DNA of 63,182 nt, filler included, from Rozella allomycis CSF55 (lineage: Eukaryota), in NCBI GenBank assembly GCA_000442015.1. It is 15 parts of 15 records of this genome, joined end to end, with 100 filler letters (N's around TTAATTAATTAA, not from the genome) between each part and the next. Parts side by side here need not be neighbours in the genome. Positions count along the whole stretch, not along the records: positions 1 to 1,694 come from KE560723.1; positions 1,795 to 10,857 come from KE560725.1; positions 10,958 to 12,075 come from KE560731.1; 12 more parts are not named here. One strand, given 5' to 3'. The translations under genes and the position numbers were made by a program. Below are positions 1-12,175 of the stretch, piece by piece. Every line of letters starts with the position of its first letter. Position 1 is the first letter of the stretch. The notes beneath the pieces were generated by a model. The model was not told the origin of the DNA. It worked only from the letters and a program-made list of their open reading frames with translations, and made no database searches.

Positions 1-63
1 GGTGAAAACTATCGCATCAGAGCTTTATCTGCTGTTGCCAAAAGAGCTGCAAAGAGTGTTCCT

Positions 64-1053
64 TTGGAATCAGAAAGAGCCCCGAAGATAAAGGAAGAGA
101 CCAGGTTGCCGATAAGTTTGCCAATACTAAATAGCCCGTCTAACGAATTCTCTTCTTCAACAACATCTTCTGTAAGGTCAATTCTAAGAAGATCCAAAAC
201 TATGTCTTCCTCATCTGGTGCTCCAGTCTTAACGTCACGGTATACTTCGTCTTTGCGGTATTGGTATCTCTTGGTAGGTATTTTCATTGGCTTTATCATT
301 TACATGACAGCTAATGCCTTTGCAGATCTTTATAGAAACAGCAATGCTTCAACTTTCTACAATGTATTTTATGCCCAATTGCTAAATGTCCTAGTCCTCT
401 CTTTAACGTCTATTGGACGCTATTTTGTCTACACGAAAGCGAAATCGAAGCACTCTGCCCCAATTTTCGACTTTTTCTCATCCATGACCTTTAATATGTT
501 TTACAGAAACAGTTTTCTAAAGTTAACAACAAGGGCCCAATTCATATCTTTGGAATTGGCGATTTTTCTTTGGAAATTCATTTTTTACGGTGTTCGATTA
601 ACTCCATGGTTCTACACTAGAAGAAAGGATTGGTATATATTTAAAGCATTCTTTGCCAATGATATGAATGTTAATCAATACACAGAAACAATCGCCAAAA
701 AGTACTTTTTCAACCACTTGGCTGAAGAAGCATCAATAGTTTCATACATTTTGTGGTTGTATGTACTTAGGTATGGCCCAAATAGCCACTATTTCCCTTC
801 ATTCTCTGGCTCTGTAATCGATTCTGAAGGCTATACTTTTGTGGTGATTGTGATGCTACTTTCTTTGATTATCCAAAGGGTGATAGCAGAGATTGCATTT
901 TACATGCTTAGAGCGTATAGAAATATAGATATTAGAGACAAGGTTGTTTCATTGTTGAATGAAGTACCCGGCCTAGTTCCATGCTGCATAATGGTGGAAG
1001 CATTCGTCATTTCCAGTTCCGTATTAACGATAATGGTCCTTCCTTATTTCTAG
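64..1053 (+). CDS. Multi-pass membrane protein of unknown function, probably 5'-partial
   Basis: 329-aa ORF: Ser-rich segment followed by about 6-7 hydrophobic helices; the frame is open back to the window start. Confidence 0.6.
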   Translation: MESERAPKIKEETRLPISLPILNSPSNEFSSSTTSSVRSILRRSKTMSSSSGAPVLTSRYTSSLRYWYLLVGIFIGFIIYMTANAFADLYRNSNASTFYNVFYAQLLNVLVLSLTSIGRYFVYTKAKSKHSAPIFDFFSSMTFNMFYRNSFLKLTTRAQFISLELAIFLWKFIFYGVRLTPWFYTRRKDWYIFKAFFANDMNVNQYTETIAKKYFFNHLAEEASIVSYILWLYVLRYGPNSHYFPSFSGSVIDSEGYTFVVIVMLLSLIIQRVIAEIAFYMLRAYRNIDIRDKVVSLLNEVPGLVPCCIMVEAFVISSSVLTIMVLPYF

Positions 1054-1145
1054 GAATAAATACCCCCATTATCAAATTGTTACGTGATTTTGTCTTTTAT
1101 TTTGAGATTAAAGCCAGACTAATTTTTGGCGGGAAATGTTGTAGA

Positions 1146-4100
1146 ATGCAAACAAATTTTCTCGACCATAGACATTTCGATCAGGCTGTTTCTTATTTTG
1201 TGTCTTTGAATGATAATAGGCGGCTACTGAATAATACGATTTTGGCGTTTTGTGCCAAGAGAGAAACGCATTGTTCGACTCTTTACCATTCGGTATTGCC
1301 TCTGTCTTGTTACTCGTCGACTGTCAAAAAAGAGAATATAGATTTTATTTTGAAGCATGTGAGAGCGACATTGAGAAAGGAAGAGGACACAAAGATTACA
1401 TTAAAGGGACATGTTATTGCGCGAAGGGATGTAAAGGTGTGTTTATTGCTTGCCAGTTTGATAATTATATTGAAATCGGTGGATGCGGAAGAGGCGTGTA
1501 AGATAGTTAACAAGAATGCTGCAGTGATTACCAAGGGGCTCTTTGACAGTTTTACATCGTCGCATGTGATTGCAAAGCCTTTGGTGGCATTTTATAAAGA
1601 TTTGGTTGCGATAACAAAAGTTGTTAGAAATGCAAAGAGTTTTAAAGTGTTTGAAGACTTGTCCAGCCGCTTTTTGGAACATCCGTTTAACAGTNNNNNN
1701 NNNNNNNNNNNNNNNNNNNNNNNNNNNNNNNNNNNNNNTTAATTAATTAANNNNNNNNNNNNNNNNNNNNNNNNNNNNNNNNNNNNNNNNNNNNCTGCCA
1801 CCTGAAATGGAATCCCGGTTCGATAACATAATGCAGCAAACGACAAAGTAATGTTATCACGTTGACCCACAGTTAGGTTGTCCACAAACTGTGACATCAG
1901 TACTTGGCTACTTGAACGTTGTGTTGAGAGTTCGGTATTATCAGTAAAAGAAGTGTCGCTGGTTGAATCAGCCATAGATTTACAAATTGTACGATATGCA
2001 CTTTGTCGCTTAAAAAAATCTCTCTCGATTTCAGGAATGTCCTTGCAACTGGCGCGTTTATGAGAAATAACTTTTTGTCGACCCCAGTATACAGTTTTGC
2101 CACAGGCTTTACATTTCCCGTTACCACCATTTTTTGAGCAAAGATATTCGCTAACGTCAAACGTCATAAAAATTGTGGCTTGGTAAAAGTCACTTACTGG
2201 TAAGTAAAATTTACTATACGGTAACTTACCGTATATAGCCGGTAAGTNAAAACACTTAGTCATGACGATAGTAAATATTGAAATTTAGTGATGATATAAA
2301 CTATGAAACATGGTTCTATTTATATCAATCAAAATGATTACTTCTAAGTAGGGACTGGGGCAAAGTTAGGGTAACTGCGCCACACAAGTAAAAGTTTTGT
2401 AGATCAGAAAATAAGATCTTGATGATAAAGAATTCGAAATTTTCATCAGATAAGAAAGTGGATATGAGTCAAGAACATCTAGTTTTATTGAACGGTTTTT
2501 TTGAGTTTCCTAACATGGTGCAAAGCAACTTACAAAGTAGTTCATCTGTTTTGAATGTTTTGAACTTGTTTTTAGCAATGCTCAAGCAAAAAGGCGAGGT
2601 ATATTAGTATGTCTCACAGTATCATAGGATCTTTTGGATAGTGGTGTCAAATTTAGTTCACTGCATCAAGTAGTGAAAGGTTTGAGTGAAGGATTTGATA
2701 AGTGCAACATGGACAAGGATTATTTTGTGAATTGGTTCGGAGATTTTGGATGTGCACTTGTGGGGCGCAAATGTCGTTTTAACAAATTTAAACTTACCTT
2801 GGTATTCTTGGACGGTTGGGTGTCTTCCGTGGCAAATGCAGATAAACGGTTTGTCAGCGTTAATGCCAGTCCTTCTGGATCGAATTGTTTTGAGTTTGGA
2901 GAGCACAGTAAAGATGACTGCATTAAAGTTATAACTAATTTGCATCAATTGATAAGTGCCTCATTGGTGACAAAGAAAGGAGGGAAACCTCAACTTGCTA
3001 GGACCCCTTCTTTTATTCGTTATTTAATCATGAATATATTTAATGGGCAAACTGATTTGAAAATTGAGGGAACAACTGACGTTGGAAATCATGATAAATG
3101 CACCCCTAAAACAACGGCATTTGGTTTAGTAGTCAATGTGATTCAAAATTTAGCGAAAATGACTGAAATTGAGCTCTATTTATTGATGGTTCATTTTTCA
3201 TTCTATTCGTTCAATCTTTACGTGAAAATCCAGTCTTCTGTATGGCCAAAAGAAGCAATAAACAATCTTAGTATCATTCTCAAACGTGCAGCGAGTTATA
3301 TGTCAAAAATTTATAAAATATATGATTGTTCCAAACTTTTTAATGAGTTTAATAGTTGTTGCAAGGAGTTAAAGGGGATCACTGAAGGCCTTAATACCAA
3401 AATACAAGAGCAACTAAAAGTAGAGTTAAGTAAAAGGTAAACTAATATTATAAATTATATATTAGTTACGAGGTCCGTGATTTAAATTTTTGTGACGTTC
3501 CATACCTTGAAAGCGATGGACAAGTGAAGAATATAAATGAAGTGGAGAAAATTGTTGCTCGTAATATCGGCTCATTTAATAATATCATAATTGACGATCA
3601 AAAAAATCAATTTTCTATTTTGAATAGTTTTATTGAAGGGAAAGGTGTAGATTTGAATGACTCCGAGTTTGGCGAATTATTTATTGCGAAAACAAACAGA
3701 ATGATGTATAAGAAAATGTTAATTCTTGAAAAAGAAGACATTCATAACTTAGATTCAAATGAACATCAGTTGATGAGGAATATTGTAATAACGTATACTT
3801 CTATTGTGAAAAAAATGCTGGAAAAGTACAAGCATGATAAAATGAAGTCTGTTGTTTTAAGCAATGAGGTTTTAGTTACGTGGATTGCCTGTTGTTTATC
3901 ATATGCATATTCAAAAGAGTGTGTCCCAGAATTGAATGCATTTTCTTTGCCTCTTTCGGCATGTGATCTTTCGTATTTATCACTTGACGATAAGTTATCA
4001 AGAGATGCAGTTATTTCATTATTTAATTACATTGAGAGGATCGAGGAGACTAGGGAGTTAGACGTATTCAATATGAATAATTTACGAGGCACATTTGAGT

Positions 4101-7100
4101 TTGCCCTTAAATACGGGAAAAATAATATGGCAATAAAAAACTACGTCAAAGAAACAAGGAATTTTTTGAGATCAGTTGAACAAAACGATTGGGATGAAAT
4201 AGAAAGAAAGAAGCGACGTGCAAGTGAACTTAGAAGGACTATAAGTTCACTCGAAAGTGATTATCAATATCTTGTAAATGAATATGAAAAGTTAAAGTTG
4301 ATATATAATGACAACTATTATGGCGATAACAGCGGCGATATCTATACGAAATTAAGGGAGGCAACAAGTCAAAAGGATCGTTGTTACAGCAGAATAAGAT
4401 CAAGCAGAACGATTCTCACCGAAGAACTTAAAGCTCCAAAATTTATTGTTAGTCCCATTCCGAGAGAGGATGATGATGCATTAATAATCACTTTCTTTCA
4501 TTTCATGAAGAATCCAATTCTTATTTTTTCTGAACTTTGCTTGGAAGCCCAATATTCTCTTTGTCCAAAGGAATTAAATGCGTGGAACTCCTTCAAAGAA
4601 AAGCATAAGATTACTGGTACAAGTTGGATGGACCACATCGTTAGTTATAGTTCAAGAAATCTTAATCACGGACAAAATTTTCATTTTTCAATTGTAAAAG
4701 GAAGTATTGACGTTCCCAAAGATTTTGGACCTTCAAATATTGACAGTATTGACAAGAGTACCGAAAGAATTTGGTATCCCATGTTTCAGCCTTCATTGAT
4801 AAACTGTACTAAAGGATGTAACATTTCCTTTGTTTCTAACGAAATTTTGAAGTGTTTGTTTATCGAACCCCTTGGCCAGAGTTATAATAAGAATTTGTAT
4901 TGGATAAATCAATTTCCTTCTACTTTGGACAAGCCTTCGGATCGTGGAAATTTTGCCTATTCAAAACTACAGTTTATCCCTAAAGATTTCAGAAAGGATG
5001 AATTTCAAGCGATTGCATCCTTGAGATCATTTCCTTTTCAGCAAATTAGAAAATTGGCAGCCGGTTTAAAAGACGGAACTCTACAACTATCCAATCAATT
5101 AGTGAAAAAGACGGTGAGACAGGCTCTTTATCAAATCGGGGAAATTGAAGACTCATCATTTGTTTGGCATTTTGACTTGCATAGAGATTTCTCAGGCTCT
5201 AATGAAATTGATTCTCTTTTAGATAACTTAAGTTTAAGCGGAGAAGGCACACAAATGGCTCGCACGGGTATTGATGTGTTTAATGAAATTCTGAAATCTC
5301 TAGCAGAGGAGATTAAGTTTACACCAAGAAATTATGAAAATATTATGCTATTATCTGAGATAGGAAGATTTATTTTTAACTTGAGGGATATTGGTGAAGA
5401 TGTAAGAATGTCTTTTACAAACGTTGTGGAGCATTGGTTAAGACTAGTAAAAGATGAATTAGGAAACATTAAAAATACAGTAGAAGAAAATTTATATCTT
5501 AAGGCGAAAGAATGTCTTTTTAATGGATATGGAATAATATGCTTAGGAAGGGGTTCATTGACTGTAGAAAGTGGCAAATTGATTGTTAAATACCTACTTG
5601 GTTTTTATAATGGATTAGCGTATGAAGAATGGGCTAGAAACGACAAATGTTTGATGAATGCTTTGAAAAGTGTACGCGAGCTGGTCAATGATTGCATGGC
5701 CTATCAACTAGACAATATTTTAGATTTGCTCATTTACTCCAATCATGGCGGTGACATATTGAATTATGCTGTGAAGTCAATTTTTGATTGTGTACCTGAG
5801 GGTTTGAAGTGGACATATTTCAAAGATTCTGTAGTGTTTTCTTCTAACGTAGATGGAACAATATACTCTGTAAATACCTTTAAAGGAATATTTCTTGTAA
5901 ATGGAATTCCACCAAGTAGACTATCAAAAGAAATCAAGAGTCATCCATTATATAAAAGAACGTTTAAAGATAGAGATTTTGAAGTTGTCCCTGATTCAGA
6001 GCCTGGGGTTTGTAAGACAACAACTCCAGTTCAAGGATTTTATTACAAATTTAGCATTTCGAATGATGGTTTATTAAAAGTACAGGAAATAAATGAAAAG
6101 GACGGAACAGTTTTGGATCTAATTGATTACAATAGCGGAGATTTTGTTATTAGTGATGAACTTCCAGAGAGATTGACAACAGAATATAGTCATTGGTATG
6201 ATATCGAGAAAGAGATTATGGTTATAAGGGAAGTTGAATTTCATAAAAAGTTAATTTTTTACTTGATAACGTTTGATGATGATGTGATGTATTGCTATTA
6301 TGTTAATGAACATTTAAGATCCAGATCATTAAACAATCTGGTCGGTATTTCTAAAGATTACTTGAATAGATATGTTCATGTTGAAGATAAAGGAATGATA
6401 AAATTGCTTTCGAGATTTGAATATTCTTCATTTATTGAAACTATGAGAAATCCTTCTAACGTTCTAATGTATTACTTTCCCAGATTTCATTTAACATTTT
6501 ACCACACGGACAATAAGGTACACAGTGAAGCGTTCCCAGATTATGTTTTACATTCGCATCAGGTTTTACAAGGAACTTTGGAGTATTTTGATTCATATTT
6601 AGTATTAAGAAATGATAGAGACGAGTACAAAATAATCGTGCCAAAAGGAGTTGTAATTTTAGATAATAATAGGGTGAGGATCAGTTTAAGCGAGGATTGT
6701 AACGCACAGTTATCTTTTTACAGTTATAATATTAATAAAAGGACTGGGGAGCTATATGCCAATTCTATTTCATCTAGACTACAATTAGCAGTTATCTACG
6801 CGGCATCTTCTACATTCGTTATTAGCCCATCGAATAGAATGACTGGCACTGAAATGGCCATTGAATATTTAAAGCAAAGTTGGATCAATAGACCTTTAGA
6901 TATAAGTGAAAGCAAAGTAATTGAAAATTTGTTTAAATTTTCGCATGACGAACCTTTGCTAACAGAGTTGTGCGTTAAACTGCTAGAAGAATCACAATTA
7001 ACCAACATAATACATGAAAAAGCGCAATATGAAAGCGATAATAATAAAGATTTGCCGAATAAAGACGAGAATTTTAGTAGGGTTCATGTGGCATTGACTG

Positions 7101-10100
7101 AAGGGACATTGAGAGCCAAAACGAATATTAATCATCATATTAGAAGATCAGATAGCTTGAATAATAAATTTTATGGTAAAAGTGTAAAAGTTGGCGAATA
7201 TTTCATCGAAGAGAACTTTGTGACTGAGATCGAAGAGAAATTAGAATCATTTGTTGAAAAGCGTGTAAAAGATGAAATTAAACCATTTCCTTTTAATAGT
7301 GAAAATAAAAATGCAATAATGATTGACATTTATAAAGATTTGGAAAAAAGTTGGCTGGAAAATGAAAAGCGAGAACGTCTTAGTTCCATTCAAAGAGGTG
7401 AATTACTTGAATATCTAGAAAGTGTTTATGCCGCAGTTCAGAGTAGAAAAGAAGAAATTGAACGATACATTTATGACAGCATTGAAAAAGTTCCAAGTGA
7501 AGAAAGTGCCATGATGAATTGCTTCAAAACTATTAACCTTGCTGCGTCGGCCAAAATAACTGATATTTATAGGCTTGTTATTGACAAATCTCATCTCAAA
7601 TTAATGAATCCTTACCTTTGTAATGAAAGTGTTGACAGAATTCAGAAATGTTCCATTCAATTTTTAAAACTATGTGTGCTTTGCGATAAAATAGAGAGGA
7701 TTCAGAACGGTTTATCTGATAATTTATCAAATTCAATTTTAGCTAAAGATTTATTGTGTAAAAGGATTTGGAATGCGGAGTGTAACCCTAGGTGGCTGGT
7801 TTTTGAGGCCGAAAATGAAATGCAAATACGACCTATTCAATATCTTTTTGCACAATTTTTAATAGAAAATCCATTTTCCATTTGTCAGTTAAACATGGGT
7901 TGTGGAAAGACCAGGGTTGTTTTGCCAATGTTGATTATGCATTATGTTGAAAATAATAAAGTCCCGTGTGTATATGTTATGAATTCACTGTTAAGAGAAA
8001 ACATTGAATATCTGCATTTAACTCTGACGGCAAGCAGCCAGAATATTCAAGTCCTTGAGCATCCTTTTAGCCGCCAAGTTGAAATGACTGAAGATGATAT
8101 TTCTATATTTATGGATTATTTGTCTACCCCAAATGCTTGTTTAATATCTTGTCCTGAATACAGAATGTCGTTAATGTTAAAACCACATGAATTGAAGTTA
8201 AAAGGACAATGTCAGATGATGACGAAATTACAAGAATATATAAGAATGAATAAATTTGTAGAAATCTTCGATGAAAGCGATGCGCTTTTGTCCCATATTT
8301 ACCAATTAATTTATACGGTTGGCACCCAAACTGAATTGACAAAGTTTTTTGAAAGATCAGTAATAATTCAAGCGACCCTTCAGATATTAAACTCTAGTCA
8401 ACGTATTCATGATTATTTATCAGAGAATAAATTATTAAATTTTGAAAAGACAAAATTCGATGGTGAGTTATACAAGATAAGATTCCCTGTTGAACTGATG
8501 GCAGAAGGATTGACCGAAAGAGAAACTTGGATCAAAATATGTGAAATGATATTTTATGAATTAGTAGGAGGGGTTTTTGAAAATCTTGAGTGGATTAGCG
8601 TCGTGTTCAAACAGAGCAACAAAAACTTTAAACGAATGTTCAAGGAAGCTGTTTTCAATTTAAATTTTGATCCTTCGAAATTTCTAAGAAAAATTAATGA
8701 TGAATTTAAGGAATCCCATGTGTTAATGTTGCGCGGGTTATTCGCGCATGAAATTTTGTTATTTATTCTTAAAAGGAGATATCAAGTAGAATATGGAATA
8801 GATGTTAAACGAAGCAAAAGAATGGCTGTTCCGTATAAGGCTGCTGACATTCCCACCGAAAAATCAGAATTCAGTCATCCTGATGTTTGTCTAGGTTTAA
8901 CAATTTTGTCGTATTACCATAATGGATTAAATAAAGAACAATTGAGACAAGCGTTTAGATTACTTTTATCATTTGGATCAGTCAGACAAGAGAAACTCTA
9001 TAATGCATGGTATGATTCAATAAAAGCTAATCTTGATCAAAATGAGATAGAAATGATAGATAAAGTGAATAAAATTGACCCAACATCAAGAAGATGTTTT
9101 ACATAAGAGGTTTGGGAAATGTATTAAAGTAATTAACTTTTGGCTGAACTATATAATTTTCCCAATAGATACTATTCAATATCCTCAAAGAATAGCTGCT
9201 TCAGCATGGACTTTGACAAGTGGTGACCATTGCATTGGGTTCAGTGGTACTAATGATACTAGCAAGTTATTGCCCTCAAATGTGGTTCAACGTCAACCAA
9301 ATATCCAAGAATTGATATCAACCAATGGACTAATGCTGAATTGTATATTAAATCACTCAAAGTATTACTCTTTTAATATTGTTAATTTGACTTGGAAGGA
9401 GATAGTAAATTTTTGCCTAGAAAAACAGTCAAATGCATTAATTGATACAGGATCATTATTAGCAGGAAAGTCAAACAAAGAACTAGCGGAATACATTCTT
9501 TTACAAAATTCATTTATTAACTCTGACTTTAAAGGGATATGTTATTTTGACGTTAATTTTGGCACCAATGGTCAGTGGATGGTTATTGAGAAAGGCACAA
9601 ATAAAATAAATACTTTGGTTGACTCTCATATACATGAAAAGGATACATTTGTTATTTTTGATGACGCAAGATCTAGAGGTGCTGACATGAAGTTAAAAGA
9701 CGATGCCACTGCAGTCATTACATTAGGCCCGAAAATTACTAAAGATAAATTTATGCAAGGGGCGGGAAGAATGAGAAAACTGTTAGATAATCAAAGACTG
9801 ATTATTATTTCTTCATTTGAGGTTAATGTATCAATCAAAAAGGCGATAAGTAGTCTGAATCATGTGCCTACAATAAATGATGTCATACAGTGGATTCTGC
9901 TTAATACTGAAAAGACTGTCATGGAAGGATTACAAATGTGGACAAGTCAAGGTTTACAGTATGCAAAACAAATGAAAAATCCAGATTCAATAGTTTGTAA
10001 TGAAAGGATCAACTTAACTGACCTTTATGGATTGAAGCATTTTGACCGCTCTTTAATGGATGAATACTTGCCTATTGCTGACAATTTGCCAAACACCAAA

Positions 10101-10850
10101 ATTTCTCAATCTTTAAGAAATCAATTAGTAAATTATGGTGCTCAAGTTATTGTCTCTTCTTCAGGCAACAATGAACAATGCGAAAGGGAATCAGAACTAG
10201 AAATTCAAGAGCAGCAAATTGTTATGAGAGAATACCCAACGGAAAAGGCTGTTTCTGAACATCCTTGGAATTATCGTGACCTATTAACAGGAAAAGGAAT
10301 TAATGTGGACATTTATAACTTGTATGAAACAATCGGTAGCCTTTTTGGAATTCCCAATATTGAAATGCTTGGTTGGAACAAGGACAGAATATATTGCACT
10401 AAAAATTTTTACAAGTCCATTGAGCGAAAAGCTCCAATTGATTGCTTTGCGAAATATATTAATATGATTTTAGAAAGTCCTTCTGGTGAAATTTATATTC
10501 TATCCGATATGGAAGCGGACGGGTTCCTTTACGAATTTTCGATCATTGAAACTGACTGGAAATTATATAATTTGACATTTCTGTATGAAAAAAATGCATT
10601 TTTTAGATTTGCCAAGGATTTCAAAAAGATTTGCGACGATAAACTAGTCACCTTAAAGTTTTTCAATGGTGAAACGATGTTCAACTCTGATGGTCAATAT
10701 CGCTGTCTTCAAAATTTAATTTCTCAAAATCACTGCGAATCAATTGTTAAAGACTTTCTTAATGTACGCGGCACTCTTAGGAAATACGAATCGTCACATC
10801 TTCAAGAAGTCATCCAACGGGCGTCAGACATCGAACTTGCATCAAGATAA
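1146..10850 (+). CDS. Giant (~3000 aa) DUF3638/DUF3645-family P-loop protein; spliced at the 5' end, interrupted by a hAT fragment plus gap and by a +1 frameshift near 9085 (possible pseudogene or allele)
   Basis: PRWLVFEAENEMQIRPIQ...QLNMGCGKTRVVLPML (DUF3638); RMAVPYKAADIPTEKSEFSHPDVCLGLTILSYY (DUF3645); GFSGTND, DDARSRGADMK, QGAGRMRKL, EQCERESELE. Intron 3437-3465 joins the 2634 and 3524 ORFs in frame. Linking the 1146-1694 ORF to this gene is inferred. Confidence 0.85.
1695..1793. other. Assembly gap linker N44-TTAATTAATTAA-N44 (recurs throughout the window)
   Basis: The same six-frame-stop linker sits in nearly every N run; it is artificial. Confidence 0.97.
1794..2258 (-). mobile_element. 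hAT-like DNA transposon 5' end (BED-finger transposase N-terminus), truncated by a gap
   Basis: CKACGKTVYWGRQKVISHKRASC zinc finger and FAALCYRTGIPFQVA, typical of hAT transposases; subterminal CTTACC/GGTAAG inverted repeats at 2190-2250. Confidence 0.65.
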
Positions 10851-10957
10851 ATGATTANNNNNNNNNNNNNNNNNNNNNNNNNNNNNNNNNNNNNNNNNNN
10901 NTTAATTAATTAANNNNNNNNNNNNNNNNNNNNNNNNNNNNNNNNNNNNNNNNNNNN

Positions 10958-12039
10958 GCCAACTGAATAAGGTAATTGTCACACACAGATGGATCTACTC
11001 TATTATCTCTCAGCAAAAGCTTGACAATATCTGAATGACCTTTCGCAGAAGCCCACTTAATAGAATAATTTTCATTTGCGCTTGGATCCACTCTAGAATC
11101 GCCAAGCAAAACTTTGACTACTTCTAAATGCCCCTTATAGGAAGCCAACTGAATGAGGGAATTATCACGTATAGTAGGATCTACTCTATCATCTCTCAGC
11201 AAAAGCTTGACAATATCCGAATGACCCTTCGAGGTAGCCCACTGAATAGCATAATTTTCAATTGCACTCGGATCCACTCTATAATCGCCAAGCAAAGCTT
11301 TGACAATTTCTAAACACCCCCTAATGGAAGCCAACCGAATAAGAAAATGCCCATATATAGTTGGATCTACTCTATCATCTCTCAGCAAAAGCTTGACAAT
11401 GTCTGAATGACCATTAATAGTGGCCCAATGAATAGCACCATTATTATTTGCACTTGGATCTACGTTAGAATATTTAAGTAACACTTTGGCAACATCTACT
11501 TGGTCCATACTAAGAGCCCCCTGGAGAGTATAATTCAGATCTGCTTGATCAAATTGGAATTTTGTTAAAAGTTGCCAAACAATCTCAGTGTGTCCGTTTA
11601 TTGCAGCTGCTCTTATTGCATAGCTTCTATCCGCCATAGGGTCAGGTTGAATATTAAATTTTTTGTTACACCTGATCGTATCTTGGAATACATGCATTAG
11701 ATCATATTGACAGGCAAACTGGAACGCATAGTCAACGGTTTTCTGGCTAAGTTCACTTTGCTTGAGAAAGTTCATAAAATAGACGAATCGGAAACAGTCT
11801 TCACTGCGGCGAAGGATATTCCAACAAATATCGTCGGTTAATAATTTACCGCATTTCCTCTTGATTATATACTGAATTACATGCTCACATTTCCAAGAAA
11901 TACTTAGTAAAGGAGGTTGATTAAGGACATAGTCGCAGCAAAGTGAACGAAGCCAAACTGATGTTTTAGAAATTTGTTTCAAATCATCTACGCTTAAGTG
12001 CCGCAAAATTAAAAGCCAAATCTCGAGTGGGAAATGCAT
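10958..12039 (-). CDS. F-box plus ankyrin-repeat protein (3' end in gap)
   Basis: N-terminal FPLEIWLLILRHLSVDDLKQISKTSVWLRSLC F-box, then ~34-aa ankyrin repeats (AIxWAxxxGHSDIVKLLLRDDRVDP). Confidence 0.9.
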
Positions 12040-12175
12040 TTTCTAACGTGGCTGGAATTCGAACCTAAGAAACCTNNNNNNNNNNNNNNNNNNNNNNNNN
12101 NNNNNNNNNNNNNNNNNNNTTAATTAATTAANNNNNNNNNNNNNNNNNNNNNNNNNNNNNNNNNNNNNNNNNNNN

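Noticed and set aside
1739..1750. Recurrent palindrome TTAATTAATTAA
   Set aside because: Always centred in N runs; a scaffolding linker with stops in all six frames.
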